Origin: Mayamaea pseudoterrestris
Lineage: Eukaryota
Assembly (NCBI GenBank): GCA_027923505.1
Contig: BROI01000018.1
Location: 682,001 to 724,151 of the forward strand
Length of the DNA stretch: 42,151 nt
Reading direction: 5' to 3'
The position numbers and the translations under genes were made by a program. Below the pieces are notes generated by a model. That model ran no database searches, was not told where the DNA came from, and saw nothing but the letters and a program-made list of their open reading frames with translations. Of the stretch, positions 1 through 11,575 are shown piece by piece (position 1 is the stretch's first letter; each line of letters starts with the position of its first letter).

Positions 1-114
1 TCCCCATGAATAGTCTGTTGATTCGTTGCCATGCCAAGCTCTCAAGCAAGTCTCGAATATCCGTAGCGCAAGCGTGCAAATCGGGCACAGGAATGATGGA
101 GCGGGTGATTAAAT

Positions 115-393
115 TTAGCTCATCTTCGGGGAAGCCAAATACATCATGCTGTCATCAAAACTACCATGAGCAATAGAAGCAGCAATTATCTCGCGACGAA
201 TCTCGGGAAAGAGAGCAAGCGCCAGAAACGTCGTTCCGCGAAGTCCTAAATTTACGTTGCTGCGACGTCGCAAGTTTTCCCTCAATCTAGCTCGGCAATC
301 AGTGAGCAGTCGTTGTACTGCCGGAGTCGGACGATGAAAAAAATTATCTTCGATTTGAGGAGGATTCATGTCTTCCAATTTATACTGCGTCAC
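115..393 (-). CDS. Possible hypothetical protein or fragment of another decayed gene
   Basis: 92-aa ORF with protein-like composition, a GTG start in the ORF track (an in-frame ATG lies 8 codons in) and no recognisable motif. Confidence 0.15.
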   Translation of the reverse strand: MTQYKLEDMNPPQIEDNFFHRPTPAVQRLLTDCRARLRENLRRRSNVNLGLRGTTFLALALFPEIRREIIAASIAHGSFDDSMMYLASPKMS

Positions 394-1649
394 GTTGATT
401 GGAAATACAAATATTAATGCATAATCGTAGACGGAATGAGGGTGAAGGATGTTGCGAGCCTTTTATTCAGTCTTCCCCATCGTCCATGGCGGATTGTGCG
501 AGAGCGTGGAGCTGCGGCAGCGCACGGACGACATCAACTTTTCATAACCGCTACGACTTTAACCGGCCCTCGTTCGACGGCACTCATTCATTTTTTACAT
601 TCCGGCCATGCCTGCCATGTTGAATCTACCGGCAGCAGTACCTTGGCTTTAAAGTAGCAACACCACATCTGCAGTCAAGTAGTTGTATATGGTGATGCAT
701 GGGGAGCCCTATGGTCGCGTGTAAAATGCCGTCATGGAGCACAAGATCAAGTCATCATCCATTCCCATTTCCCATTTCCCATCGACAGTCGTCATGTCGT
801 CATCATTAAAGTGAAGTATATACTATGATTAAAGCAAAACATGACGCGACACGATCCACAATTTATGCATATAATGGTTTAGGTATCGATTGCTGATGAC
901 TCTTCACAAAGCCGACAGCAGTGGCGTTGCAGCGCAAATTATAGCGGCATATCGGCACGTGTATCATCGACCATCAATCACCAATCGCCATGTCATGCCT
1001 ACCACCATGCGTCATTCATCATCACTATAAAGGGTTAAACCATTACACTGTTGTCTGTGAATGGAAGCAGATACGTTCGCGTCGGATTGACTTCTGACAG
1101 CATGTTTTTCGCGCTGCCTTTGAGCCGAATAGTTACTCGCACGCCTTTCCTATGGGCATGTTGCAATGAGCCTCTGGCGTCGACGGACCTTTCAATACGA
1201 AGGATCCTCTAATTGATTGGTCATCGGAACAAGTCGGCGTAAACATTTTTTGCTGGGATGGACCCATGGGATATGCTGCGTGCCGCGACAGTAATTTTTT
1301 GGTTAGTCCGTTGGCGCATGACGCTCGCCATTGGTCGAATTGAACGACTTCGCCACACCAAAACTACCAGTTTATGGCGAAAGCCTTTAATGCATGTACA
1401 TTTGATGCACGGCGTTCGAGAAAGAAGCGCTCCACCGGTAGTTGTTGCTCGTGCGATACTGCTGGCGGCGCTCTGCGTTTCATTGTCGCCAAGGCGAATG
1501 GCAATTTACATCATTTGGCTTGATTAATAAGATACGAATATACACGAAACATTAATAATATGAACTAACTGTACCAGGTTTCAGCTATAACCACTTTCTC
1601 ACACTTGCGTACATGGTGATGAGAGGACAGCACAGCAACGCCCTATGTA

Positions 1650-2960
1650 GAAAGGCGCAGACCACATCGACTATACTTCAACCATCACGACTCTTCGTTC
1701 CCTTCTTCCGAGGTTACTTGCGAAAGAAAGATGGCCGACAGCCTCAATCATTGTTCTGCAGCAACACGAAAGGACCGTTCCATCAATCGACGGCGCCGCA
1801 AGACAAGCCGCAACAAGCGAAATGAACCTTGCTCTCCAAACGGCGGCGGAGGAAACACAGCAACGTGCGCAACCTGTTCGCGCCACTCCGGATCAAACAT
1901 GCCAGCATTTTGAAACATAACGACGTTGTGGTGTACTGTACAGTCAATCAAGTCAATCTCGGCTAAGGACGATTCAGTCGCACCAAAGGCCTGCAAAAGG
2001 GCATGCGAGGAGAACACGCCACCAACATCGTCGCTCATGTGTAAATTCAATCTTGAAAGAGTCGCCAAATGCTACTTTACGAACGTCATCAAAGATGCTT
2101 TGAGCTGTTTAGACAATTCTGCGAAACAAAAGTGTAGCTCCTGCACCATCCAGTGTTTAGCTTCGTTCATAATAGTTTTCAACGTATCAATGAAAAAGGT
2201 TACTGACACGCAATACTTGCACAAGCTGTTTGTCAACGCAAGCCCGACAAAAGCGTTTCACAACCATCGAAAGACAAGAGCGCCGGCACTGCCTCGTCAA
2301 AAACAACTTGGCGGAGAATCAAGGTTCGAAGCGAACGATTTTCAAGTAGTCGGTGTAATGAGTGAGCGACAGAACTGTCGCGAAAGGATCTCGTCGGCGG
2401 CATGCACACTTGTTGAAGACGATGCATGGTCGGAAAAGCCTCACAGGCTGTCGAGTACTTAGGAGGCTGCAATATTATGGCTGAATACAGCATTTAATAG
2501 CAGCGACCAAGGAAATCCTCGCCATAAACCGCATCCATTTAGCATGTGCATGCTAAATCGTCAACGCGCAAAGCAGTATCACGCATGGTCGAGACTGCTG
2601 CTAGACTTGCGTATGGAATGCTTGAAAGGTGTAGGGTCATACTTGAGGAGACGAGGCTTGGAGAGCCACAAAAAACCGTCGAAGTGTTGGCGCGTATAAG
2701 GGTGCACAAAGTGTTGCATGGCGATCATGTCAATTTCCAGATTTAAAAAAACGTCCTCGTCATCCTCCTCCCTTGCAAGAGCTCGACCAATGTAACTCCT
2801 GCAGGCCTACGAGACGAGGGAAGTCATTGAAAATCTCCATGCACCAACCGTCATGATTGGAAATCAGCAAGGAATCGCGGAAATAGTCACGCAAAGGAGA
2901 GGCAAGAAGTCGCTGCTCCTGCGACCAACTGGGGTGGAATTCAACTCGCAATGGCTCGTC
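1650..2960 (-). pseudogene. Degenerate LRR/RNI-like gene (boundaries approximate)
   Basis: Collinear minus-strand fragments (2760-2951, 2233-2493, 1748-2068) carry LxxLxL-type motifs: GLQELHW, LLENRSLRTLIL, MVQELHF, TLSRLNL, SLAEIDL. They are separated by frameshifts and in-frame stops, e.g. ...SLMTFVK*HLATLSRLNL.... Family assignment is by eye only. Confidence 0.45.
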
Positions 2961-3282
2961 GACTTCCGTCTCACATAGATTCAGTCATTCCATCATTATT
3001 TCAGACGAAATACAGTCGTCGACGGCTGCGAGAATGGTCTGGCGAAACCGAGGATGTCATACCGGTACATGCCACGTAGATCAACTTTAAGCGCATGCGC
3101 CATCTGTGATATAAATGACGTCATTGCTGACGAAGCCGAGAGCGAGCCGAGCGAGCGATGCCCTCGACCATGGAATTCCTGTCGTCACAGCTGATGCCAA
3201 TGCTTTTGCGCCTCTGCCATCGCAGCAAAGTCCATGCATCGAACTCAATACGGCCACATTGTACCGGTAGACTCTTTCAAGA

Positions 3283-3778
3283 ATGTTTCAACCAATCCAC
3301 CCATTGCTAGGGCTTCCATTCGGCACGACTCGAACTCAATCGCAGGCCGTCTTGGACAACGCATTGGAGTCGTCTCGATGTAAACGACCTCGGCAGCAGC
3401 TGCACGTTACACAAGACAATTCACTCTATGCGGCCATGGTGACGGACGAGGAAGACTACATGACAGTAGACGATAAAGCTGATGCTTCGACTGGCTTGCA
3501 GCTACAGGAGATTCCAGACAAGGACGAAGTATTGATTCAGGTGCGTGCGTTGAAGAAAGTAGTGTAAAGGAGGAGCGAAGGAGGCAGGAGGTTAGTGCTT
3601 CCATTCACCATGCTCACTTTCGAACAATCCATTCACCGCCCAGATGCTTGTGACCAGCGGAGCAACGACATACGACCAAGTCGTTGACTTTTGCATCTCG
3701 TGCAAGATTCCTTTGGGTCGCATGCTCAAGCTTGACTTGATGCGCGTCATCAAGGAAGAGCTTCCTTCTGGCGATTAA
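3283..3778 (+). CDS. Two-exon hypothetical protein, join(3283..3540,3644..3778), 130 aa
   Basis: Exon 1 ends at CAG|GTGCGT (phase-0 donor at 3541). There is a branch-like GCTCAC and an acceptor CCCAG at 3643. Exon 2 stays open: MLVTSGATTYDQVVDFCISCKIPLGRMLKLDLMRVIKEELPSGD* (TAA 3776-3778). Confidence 0.6.
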
Positions 3779-4397
3779 CGCAAAAACCACGGGAAAGAAG
3801 CAAATGTTGTTGCACGGACATAGCATAATGACTGCTACTAACAATAGTAGCGATGTAGCGATCATAGTTTCGCGGAGCCGCGGCCAATGCCGATACTTTT
3901 TGTACCAAACATCACGTTTTCAGACGCAGTGACGCGACGCGACTCGTACTTCATGCCTCTTGATTATATACACCGGCAAAAGAATACTTCTCCTGCATAT
4001 GAGTTGCTTCTCATGGGCTTGGTATATACCTAGTACTCGCAGCTGCGATTATCATCAGCCAGCGATCAAGAACAGCGACAACATGTCCCTTCTACCGGTC
4101 ATAATACCTAAAACAATGTAATCTACAATGCGTTTTGCTCCTTTAGAATGGCCAAGACTCCCAACCGTCGCTTGTGCTGGTGGTTGCTGGCAAGCTACAG
4201 TAGTCGACGCAAGACGCAAGGAATTGATTGTGAGTCTTGCCGCGCAGTCGCGCCGTCCGCGCCCTTCCCCGTTAACCGTTAAAGATTGTGTTTTAAGTGC
4301 CGATTCGGCAAGGTTTCGTCCGTGGACAACCATGGATGAACCACTAAAATCACGCCGTCGTTTCTCTCGAATCTTGTCTCCACTCAACATACTTACC

Positions 4398-5972
4398 ATG
4401 ACAGCAACTACAGATCCAGTAGCAGCAGCAGTCGGGATTCCCATGGAGATTGAGAATCGCTACGCTGCCGCTGCGAGCAAGAAGGACACGGCAGCATCAG
4501 CAGCAGCAGCGAATAAAACCAACGCTTCCGTCTTGTATTCGCCGGAACTCCTTCAAGTCTACTACAGTCGTCTCTTTCCATTCGATCTTCTCCATACTTG
4601 GCTTTCGTACAATTCCAAAGATTTGTTCATGCGCCGCGAATTCAGCATGACGATTGAGCCCAAGGCTGGCGAGGAGGTTTACATGCGCTACCAATCCTTC
4701 TCAACTCAGGAAGCACTTGCCAACATGGTGTTACAGCGCCGTCCAACCAAGATGGATATCGGAGGTATTTACACGCATCCTCCAAAAGATAAGAATACTC
4801 TGCAAAAGTCTGTCTTTTTGCCAGTCCAGCGAGAACTGGTCTTTGACATTGACTTGACGGATTACGATGCCATTCGCAAGTGCGGTTGCACGGGCGCAAG
4901 CATTTGCAAGACTTGCTGGACCTTCATGAGCATGGCCGTCGAAGTATTGGATGCTTCATTAAAACAAGACTTTGCTTTTAAGCATGTTGCTTGGTTTTAC
5001 TCGGGTCGGCGTGGGGTTCATGCCTGGGTTTGCGACGAGACGGCAAGGGAACTGACGGATGACGGAAGGAGTGCAGTTGCTCACTATTTGCAGGTATGTT
5101 ATTCAGTGTCATGAGTATGTCATTGGAATGAGAGGTATCAGATATATATGTATTTATGATGGTCTACTCATTTTGTATGCATGCAACAGGTCGACTTGGC
5201 AACCGACAAGAACAAGGATGTGCACTTGCCGTCGCCGCTCCATCCCATGCTCACGAGAGCATTCAATATTCTCGAGCCCTACTTTATCAGCAATGTCATT
5301 CCAGCATCCGGGCATGGACTCTTGGCAACGCCGGACAACTGGAACTCCTTTTTGCAAACCTTGCCGGCAACGGCGAGTGAAGTACGCGAAAAATTAGAGG
5401 CGCGCTGGAACAAGTCCAAGGACACTTCCTCGCCCGACGAAAAGTGGATTGAACTCAAGACGCACCTACAATCCTTTTGCAAGGCGTCGGCCAAGGCTGG
5501 AGCAAACAAGTCCCAGAAAAGCATGACTAGTTTGGAACGAACTCGCCTCGAGAATTGGAAGTACGAAAGTGTGTTTCTCCATACCTATCCGCGACTCGAT
5601 ATTAATGTTTCGACGCATCGAAACCACTTGCTAAAGAGTCCGTTTTGCGTTCACCCCAAAACGGGTCGAGTCTGCGTTCCGTTCTCGGCGGAGCGAGTCA
5701 CCGACTTTGATCCCTTTGTAGTTCCAACGCTAGGTCAACTCATGGCGGAACTTGACGAGTCGTCGAGCAGCGACGACAAGATGGTGTCGAATGATAGCGA
5801 AAATTTTAGCAATAACAGCAGCAAGGCAGCGACCATGGATTGGCAAAAGACGAGCTTGAAAACATACTTTGAAAGATTTGAAAAAGAGTTTTTGAAGCCC
5901 TTGTGTAAGTCACTTCAAACTAAACGTCGCGATGAAGCGGAGCAAGTTGCGGCCATGACGGGAGACTTTTAA
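4398..5972 (+). CDS. PRI1: DNA primase small (catalytic) subunit, join(4398..5093,5190..5972), ~492 aa
   Basis: AEP motifs YYSRLFPF, RREFS, RELVFDIDLTDY, SGRRGVH, YPRLDINVS and HLLKSPFCVHPKTGRVCVP. A phase-0 intron 5094-5189 (GTATGT...CAACAG) joins ORFs 4128-5114 and 5181-5972 in frame. The start at ATG 4398 is a best guess. Confidence 0.95.
5094..5189 (+). other. Spliceosomal intron (96 bp) of the primase gene
   Basis: GT donor, CTACTCA branch-like motif and CAG acceptor; AT-rich with an in-frame stop; removal restores the primase frame. Confidence 0.9.
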
Positions 5973-6093
5973 ATACTTCTTATAAACTGAGCAAATTTAT
6001 GTAATGGATGGTTTCAGCTTTCAACTATCGTAGAACTTTAGACGCAAGACGTTTCTGTCGCGACTTCTACCAATGGAATAGGTTGACCACTCT

Positions 6094-7410
6094 TCACTTT
6101 CGCATCGTCTCATACGGCCGCTTGTAGTAGTAATCAAAGACGTCATCCGGGTGCCATCCTCGACAAGTATAACGCCAAACAATGAGTGCATTGGCAAAAG
6201 TCATGTAAATGGTTCCAACCCTTTGCCATCGTCGAATGGAAACTAGGCAGCTTCCGTCCAGCACAACCAGTTTTTCCGGCAAGCAGCGCGCACGTAGACG
6301 CAGATAATCCATAAGCTCATAGTCCTCCATGATGCACTGATTGGGAAATCCGCCAAGATATGTAAAATATACGGCCGGCATGGCAATACCTTGATCGCCG
6401 TATGGCAGTTTCAAAAACTTGGTTCGAAAATTCACCATCCACTTGACTGGCAGCAGCGCCCAGTATAGCGGAGAAGTTTGGATAGCTGCATCGTTGTTTT
6501 CGAAATATGCAGATGAAACGCAGGACTTGCTGTCGAATCCAAAGCGAAAGCATGTTGCATGAACCTTGTCGTGAGTGTCGTCACGCGATTCACGAAATTG
6601 CGCAAGTATTTGCTTGTCCCATGCGAATGGGGTCATTGTATCAGAGTGTAGAAAAAATAGCACTCTTCCTTGTGCATGCGACGCTCCATAGTTTAATGCT
6701 CGCCCTCGCCCCTGACTCCGGGAATCATTGGCAGCAGCGACGGCGACTACTACTTTCAGATTGCTCGCCGGCCAACCAGTGAAGTGTTCCAAGTACTCGG
6801 CCAAGTCGGTACTGCAGCCTCCAGCATTCACGACAACAACTTGAACATCAGTTTTCGCGTGTAAACTGCTCGTTTCGTACGCTCGCTGCAGTGTGGAAGC
6901 AATTCGTTGATTGGTTTCGCGAAACGCCGGAAGAATAATTGACATTTCAAACTGATACTCGCCGGCCGAAGGAATCATTGGCAGCTCCAAGAGCCTTGGC
7001 CATAGTCGATCCAGCATCTGATAAAGCGATGTTTTCGTCGTAGCAACTTTATCTCGATTGTAAGCTACGGTCGTCATGTACTGATTGATGAGCCGTCGAA
7101 GTGAATGCTCCGATCGGAGGCGACGAATGAGTTGCTCGTCGTCACAGTTTTGTTCCGGACGTTCCATCACCTGCACTTCTAGCTTCTCCAAGGAAAATTG
7201 CAGAGTCGTCAACCGATCTTGCGTCATGATTGGCATTCTATGACATTTGTTTGCTAACAATCGAAAGGCCTTCCAGTAGTAAAGGTAGGAGTACAAACAC
7301 CCGACAACACAGCAGGAAATCAGAGAAACTGGAACCTCCAAAATGACGGGAAGATGCGACTCTCGCAGCTTGTCAAGACAGTAGTCAATCCGCTCGTCTT
7401 TCGAAACCAT
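6094..7410 (-). CDS. Family 2 glycosyltransferase, TIGR04283-like, with N-terminal extension and probable TM segment
   Basis: Motifs SIILPAFRE, VVVVNAGG, GRGRALNYGASHAQGRVLFFLHSDT, LPYGDQGI, GGFPNQCIMEDYEL and SIRRWQRVG. The ORF is open to 7521; ATG 7410 is taken as the likely start. Confidence 0.85.
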   Translation of the reverse strand: MVSKDERIDYCLDKLRESHLPVILEVPVSLISCCVVGCLYSYLYYWKAFRLLANKCHRMPIMTQDRLTTLQFSLEKLEVQVMERPEQNCDDEQLIRRLRSEHSLRRLINQYMTTVAYNRDKVATTKTSLYQMLDRLWPRLLELPMIPSAGEYQFEMSIILPAFRETNQRIASTLQRAYETSSLHAKTDVQVVVVNAGGCSTDLAEYLEHFTGWPASNLKVVVAVAAANDSRSQGRGRALNYGASHAQGRVLFFLHSDTMTPFAWDKQILAQFRESRDDTHDKVHATCFRFGFDSKSCVSSAYFENNDAAIQTSPLYWALLPVKWMVNFRTKFLKLPYGDQGIAMPAVYFTYLGGFPNQCIMEDYELMDYLRLRARCLPEKLVVLDGSCLVSIRRWQRVGTIYMTFANALIVWRYTCRGWHPDDVFDYYYKRPYETMRK

Positions 7411-7725
7411 GACATACAGTTTGAGGTTCGTCACGAGCTGACAAGTGTAGCTATCGGCTATCGATAATGAATGATAAATGGACAAGGGAGGATGACACGT
7501 AAATTGTTGCTGTACCATCAATCAAAGTAATCGCAGCCAGCACGGTGCAGTTGCGGTTTCAATTAGAGCTTCGTTAATCATAACGGGTAATCGTCGTCAG
7601 GGCCACTGGTACATTGGCAGGACTTGCATGGGACGGTTTATCATACCTCCCACATGCACTGCCGCTCAATGGTGGAACGTTTGGTCGTGCATCAAGCGAT
7701 TTTTAAGAGGGGCACATATGCAAAT

Positions 7726-8083
7726 GACATAGTTTTCACTGGGACTCGTATCGTGTTATAGCATCGTGACGTAGTTTTCACTGGCACTCGTTTCATACTA
7801 TTGCCTAATGACGAAGTTCTCCCTGGCACTCGTTTCGTGCTATTGCCTGCTGACGCAGTTTTCACTGGCGCTCGTTTCGTGATATTGCCTGATGACGCAT
7901 TTTTCACTGGCACTCGTTTCACACTATTGCCCTATGGCGTAGTTTTCACTGGCACTCGTTTTGTGCTATAGCCTTTTGACTTAGTTTTCACTGGCACTCG
8001 TTTCGTGCTATTGCCTCATGACGCAGTTTTCACTGGCACTCGTTTCGTACTATAGCCTCGTGACGCAGTTTTCACTGGCACTC
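7726..8083. repeat. 42-bp minisatellite, ~8.5 copies (consensus AGTTTTCACTGGCACTCGTTTCGTGCTATTGCCTnnTGACGC)
   Basis: Unit starts at 7731, 7773, 7815, 7857, 7899, 7941, 7983, 8025 and 8067; exact 42-bp period with no indels. Confidence 0.95.
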
Positions 8084-8468
8084 TTTTTTTGGATGCAGAA
8101 CGACCATGGCAAGCGCAGCGCTCTCTTCTTTCACTTTTTGTCGCCTAAATTGACACCACATAATAGTCCTCCGGCCCATCACCATTAAGCTAGTAATGAA
8201 TTACATCAGCCGCCATTGACCAGCGAGCAGCCATAGAGTATTACGACTCGCTGCAATCATTCTGGTCTGCTAACTGCCAAGACGCCAAGACTTGTCTGCG
8301 TGTCGCATTACAGTGCGTCGTAATCGCTGCTTTCTACTAAAAGTCGGTAATATATGATGGAGAACTTCACATCCATCTCATCTACGTGGCATGATAACTA
8401 CGACTCATTCAAGGCTCGCTTCAAACAGAAGCGAGAAGCGATACACAGCAGTCCATTCACCCTCAACC

Positions 8469-8679
8469 TGTTGGATCTAGAATATATCTTGCGCGCCCTT
8501 GAAGCGACACTAATGATTAAGCAGAACAGAGTCAATAAAACCACTTTACTTATTTTCTCCAAGAAGTGATCGTCCTCGATCCACTCCTTCGGTTGCCGCT
8601 TACCGCGTTTACTTAAACGTGACCGTCTTCGTGACGTCACCGCTGTCTCTTCGGTTTGGGTTCTCATCCATGCTCAACA
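8469..8679 (-). repeat. 3' LTR (211 bp)
   Basis: TGTTGG...TCAACA termini; shares 18 bp at one end and 40 bp at the other exactly with 13473-13588. Confidence 0.93.
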
Positions 8680-10535
8680 CACTCCTTTGGTCCAAGTAGT
8701 ACTTACTGCTTGAGGCCAGATTCATAACCAGGTTGCGGAGCTTGCCAAACTGGGCTCCCTGCAATGGTTTCGTAAAGAAATCCGCGACCATGTCTCCGGT
8801 CGGACAATGCTCGATGTTGACCTCACCAGCTGCCACGCGATCCTTCACAAAGAAGTACCGAACATTCATGTGTCGCGTGCGCTTTGTACTTGAGCTTCTG
8901 CCATTCTTTTCCAACAACATTGAACTCATATTGTCTTGGTACAATTTCGTGTCCTTGACCCCGAAACCTTGTGCCTTCAGAAAATATCCTGTCCACAGCA
9001 ACTGCGGTAGCACATCGTGAACTCCCACGACTTCACTCTCCGTCGAGCTTCTTGTTACCAACTTCTGTTTAGCCGACGTACTGTACACTGACCCTTTTCC
9101 AAGTGTCATTGTTCCACCAGTGTGACCCTTCATGTCTGGGTGTACCGCGTACGATGCATCCACCCACCACTGGACTATCCCGGACTGGTCCGCCTTCAGC
9201 GTCAACACCATGTCCACGCTTCCGCGTAAATATTTAATCACTCTTGCAGCCTTCTTATAGTCGTCTTCGTCGGGCTGCTGCAGCCTCGTGCTCAAGAAAG
9301 AAATCGCTGTGCGAATATCCGGTCGCGCTCGCTGACTCAGATACAGACACTGCATCACAATCGTCACAAAAATCTGCTTCTTCGCTTCGCTCAGCATGAC
9401 AGGATTTTCCGAGATCTGAAACAAGTGACTGGCGGCCGGAGTAGCTGCCGTTCCATCCATGTCGCCCGGCGCATGATGAAGGATGTTCTTCACATAATCA
9501 ACCATGTTGATTGCTACTTCTCCAGGCTTAGTATAGTCCAATACCATGCCGAGGTAGTCGTGCACTTTTCCGCGTGACTTGTTCATTGGAGTCTCCTTGC
9601 CGAACTCCTCATCCATCTGCTCGATGAACGCATCCACTACGCTCACGTCGACGTGCGAAATCTTCAAATCGTCCACGTGCCATCCCACGGTGATTTGCTT
9701 TCCATTGACAATCTTGTTACACACACACGGATCGTACGGGTTCTTCTCGAAGCCCCACTCAAGCAATTTTGCAGACAACTTCTCCCAGAATAGTCGCGCT
9801 GCTCGAAGCGTACCATAAAGCGCCATGAGTAACTCAACGTACATGACTTTCTCGCCATTCTCCATTGTGACGCAAGGCTCGTACATCTCGCGATCAATTT
9901 CCAACAGTAGCTCCACCATCTTCCCAGTGAAACGAACGTGCACCAACTCGTCCATTTCCGCTTGCATAAAAGCGCCCGGTACATCAACCACAGCAACCTC
10001 GCGCCCTTCCATAGCGTCAATGATAGCTGTCAGAAAGATGGCCTCTGTCGCTATCGTTGGAGATGCTGCGTCTTCCTTTGCAGTGTATGCTCTTTGCTTG
10101 CGTCCATCCGCACATCCGCGTCCCTTCACAGTCCCGCATCGCTTGCGCTTGAGAAACATCAAATACGCCAGAGCGTCCTTGCGCTGCTGCGGAGTCAGAG
10201 TGCACTGGGGGACTGCCTTCATGACGTGCCTGTCGTGTAGCTGCTGCATTTCCTTGCGCACTGCCTCCACTCCAGCATCGCCAAAAGCCTTTAAACCTTG
10301 TCGCATGTTCATCTGTGCCGTGACGAGTGGCTCCGACACTTCCTCTGCAGCGTCGAGCGTGAACAAATGAGCGAACGATCGAGGTTTGCGTGCACGCAGG
10401 CCATACCGACCAGTGCGTGGGCCATAGCGCGCATCGAAATCCTCTTCGTCTGCAGCAGCTGGCACTCCTTCAATTTCGCCTTCATCGGGCACTCCTTCAA
10501 TTTCGCCATCATCCACGGCCGCGTCCAGGCCGGCG
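8609..10535 (-). CDS. Copia polyprotein part 3: reverse transcriptase and RNase H
   Basis: RT: KGRGCADG, VVDVPGAF, ALYGT, WHVDDL, YLGM. RNase H: WVDASY, SSTESEVV, YQDN, ADFFTKPLQG. The stop codon lies inside the 3' LTR. Confidence 0.95.
8680..8688 (-). other. Polypurine tract (AAAGGAGTG) abutting the 3' LTR
   Basis: Minus strand reads ...CCAAAGGAGTG|TGTTGAG..., the canonical PPT position. Confidence 0.8.
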
Positions 10536-11575
10536 CGTCATCATCCTCGTCGTCCGGCACTCCTTCGATTGCGCCGTCAGCACCATCGTCGTCGTCGCTG
10601 TCGTCGTCATCGGTCGCATTCACTCCTTCGCTTCCGCCGGCAGAGTCGTCCTCGCCGCGAGAAGCGTCGTCATCGTAATCAGAGTCATCATCATCCTCGT
10701 CGTCATCATCGTGCCACATGACCGGCTCAGCAGCTTCCGCAACACGGTGGCGGTCCATGAACACGATGCCCGGATTGGCCTTCTGTTGACGAGCGAGACG
10801 ATGCACGCGCTCAATGACATCATCAGGCATGGGCAAAGGCGTAGCGTGCCTACGATTCAGAATTTTCCCCGAAGACAAACTGAGGAAATAAAACCCGCCC
10901 TGCACATTACCAGTCGGGCGCAGAGCCAGCGCACCAATCGTGCGCGCCTGCATGTCATTACTGTGTGACTCATGCGTTTGCACATACTGACCAAATTCAT
11001 ACTTGCAATGCCGATTAAAGTCAACTGTCTGACCAGTCACAATGGTGCGTGGACTGAGATCCTTCGAAATGCCACGCTCGTTCGGAAACGCATTCAACCA
11101 AAACACGGCAGACTTCGTCATCTCGATAACCAATCGTGCCGGCACGTGCTTAAACGGCAACGTGTTGTATGTCGCGCGCACCCGTTCCTTCACGACACGG
11201 ATAAAACGTTCGATTTCGCCAACGTGCTCATCCTCAGACGTCGCATTGAGCGCCACTCCGAGATCAGCCAACGCGCCAAGCATTGGAGCGAACTCCCCAT
11301 CCATCAGAGCCGCGACGACACGGAACCCACCGCGTGCGTAAATCTTCAACACAGACTCAATTGCCTTCAACATAACCGGAAGCGTACGGTTTTGAATCAC
11401 CTCGACCGTAGCAAAACGAATGCTGCGGGAGAACGTCACCAACATGGGGACCTTGTTGATATACATGATGTCAGCACAAAGAGTAACGTCTCGATAACGA
11501 CTCATGATAGCCGGTGGAAGTTGCTCAACAATCGCAGGCTTCACCAGATGCGACGCGCGACGCGTCGTCGTTCCT
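10535..11575 (-). CDS. Copia polyprotein part 2: integrase core and acidic linker (limits set by frameshifts)
   Basis: DDE motifs CADIMYIN, MDGEF and EHVGEIERFIRVVKER; also WLNAFP and FGQYVQ. Confidence 0.9.

Noticed and set aside
4128..4397. 90-codon N-terminal extension of the primase ORF
   Set aside because: Not primase-like; ATG 4398 has a better context (ACC-ATG) after a typical C/A-rich leader. Not formally excluded.
7692..7922. 76-aa repeat protein KRVPVKT...
   Set aside because: No ATG start, and upstream units in the same frame contain TAG and TGA.
7726..8083. 42-bp array as a CRISPR-like repeat-spacer array
   Set aside because: The variable halves are homologous to each other rather than unique spacers; there are no cas genes and the context is eukaryotic.
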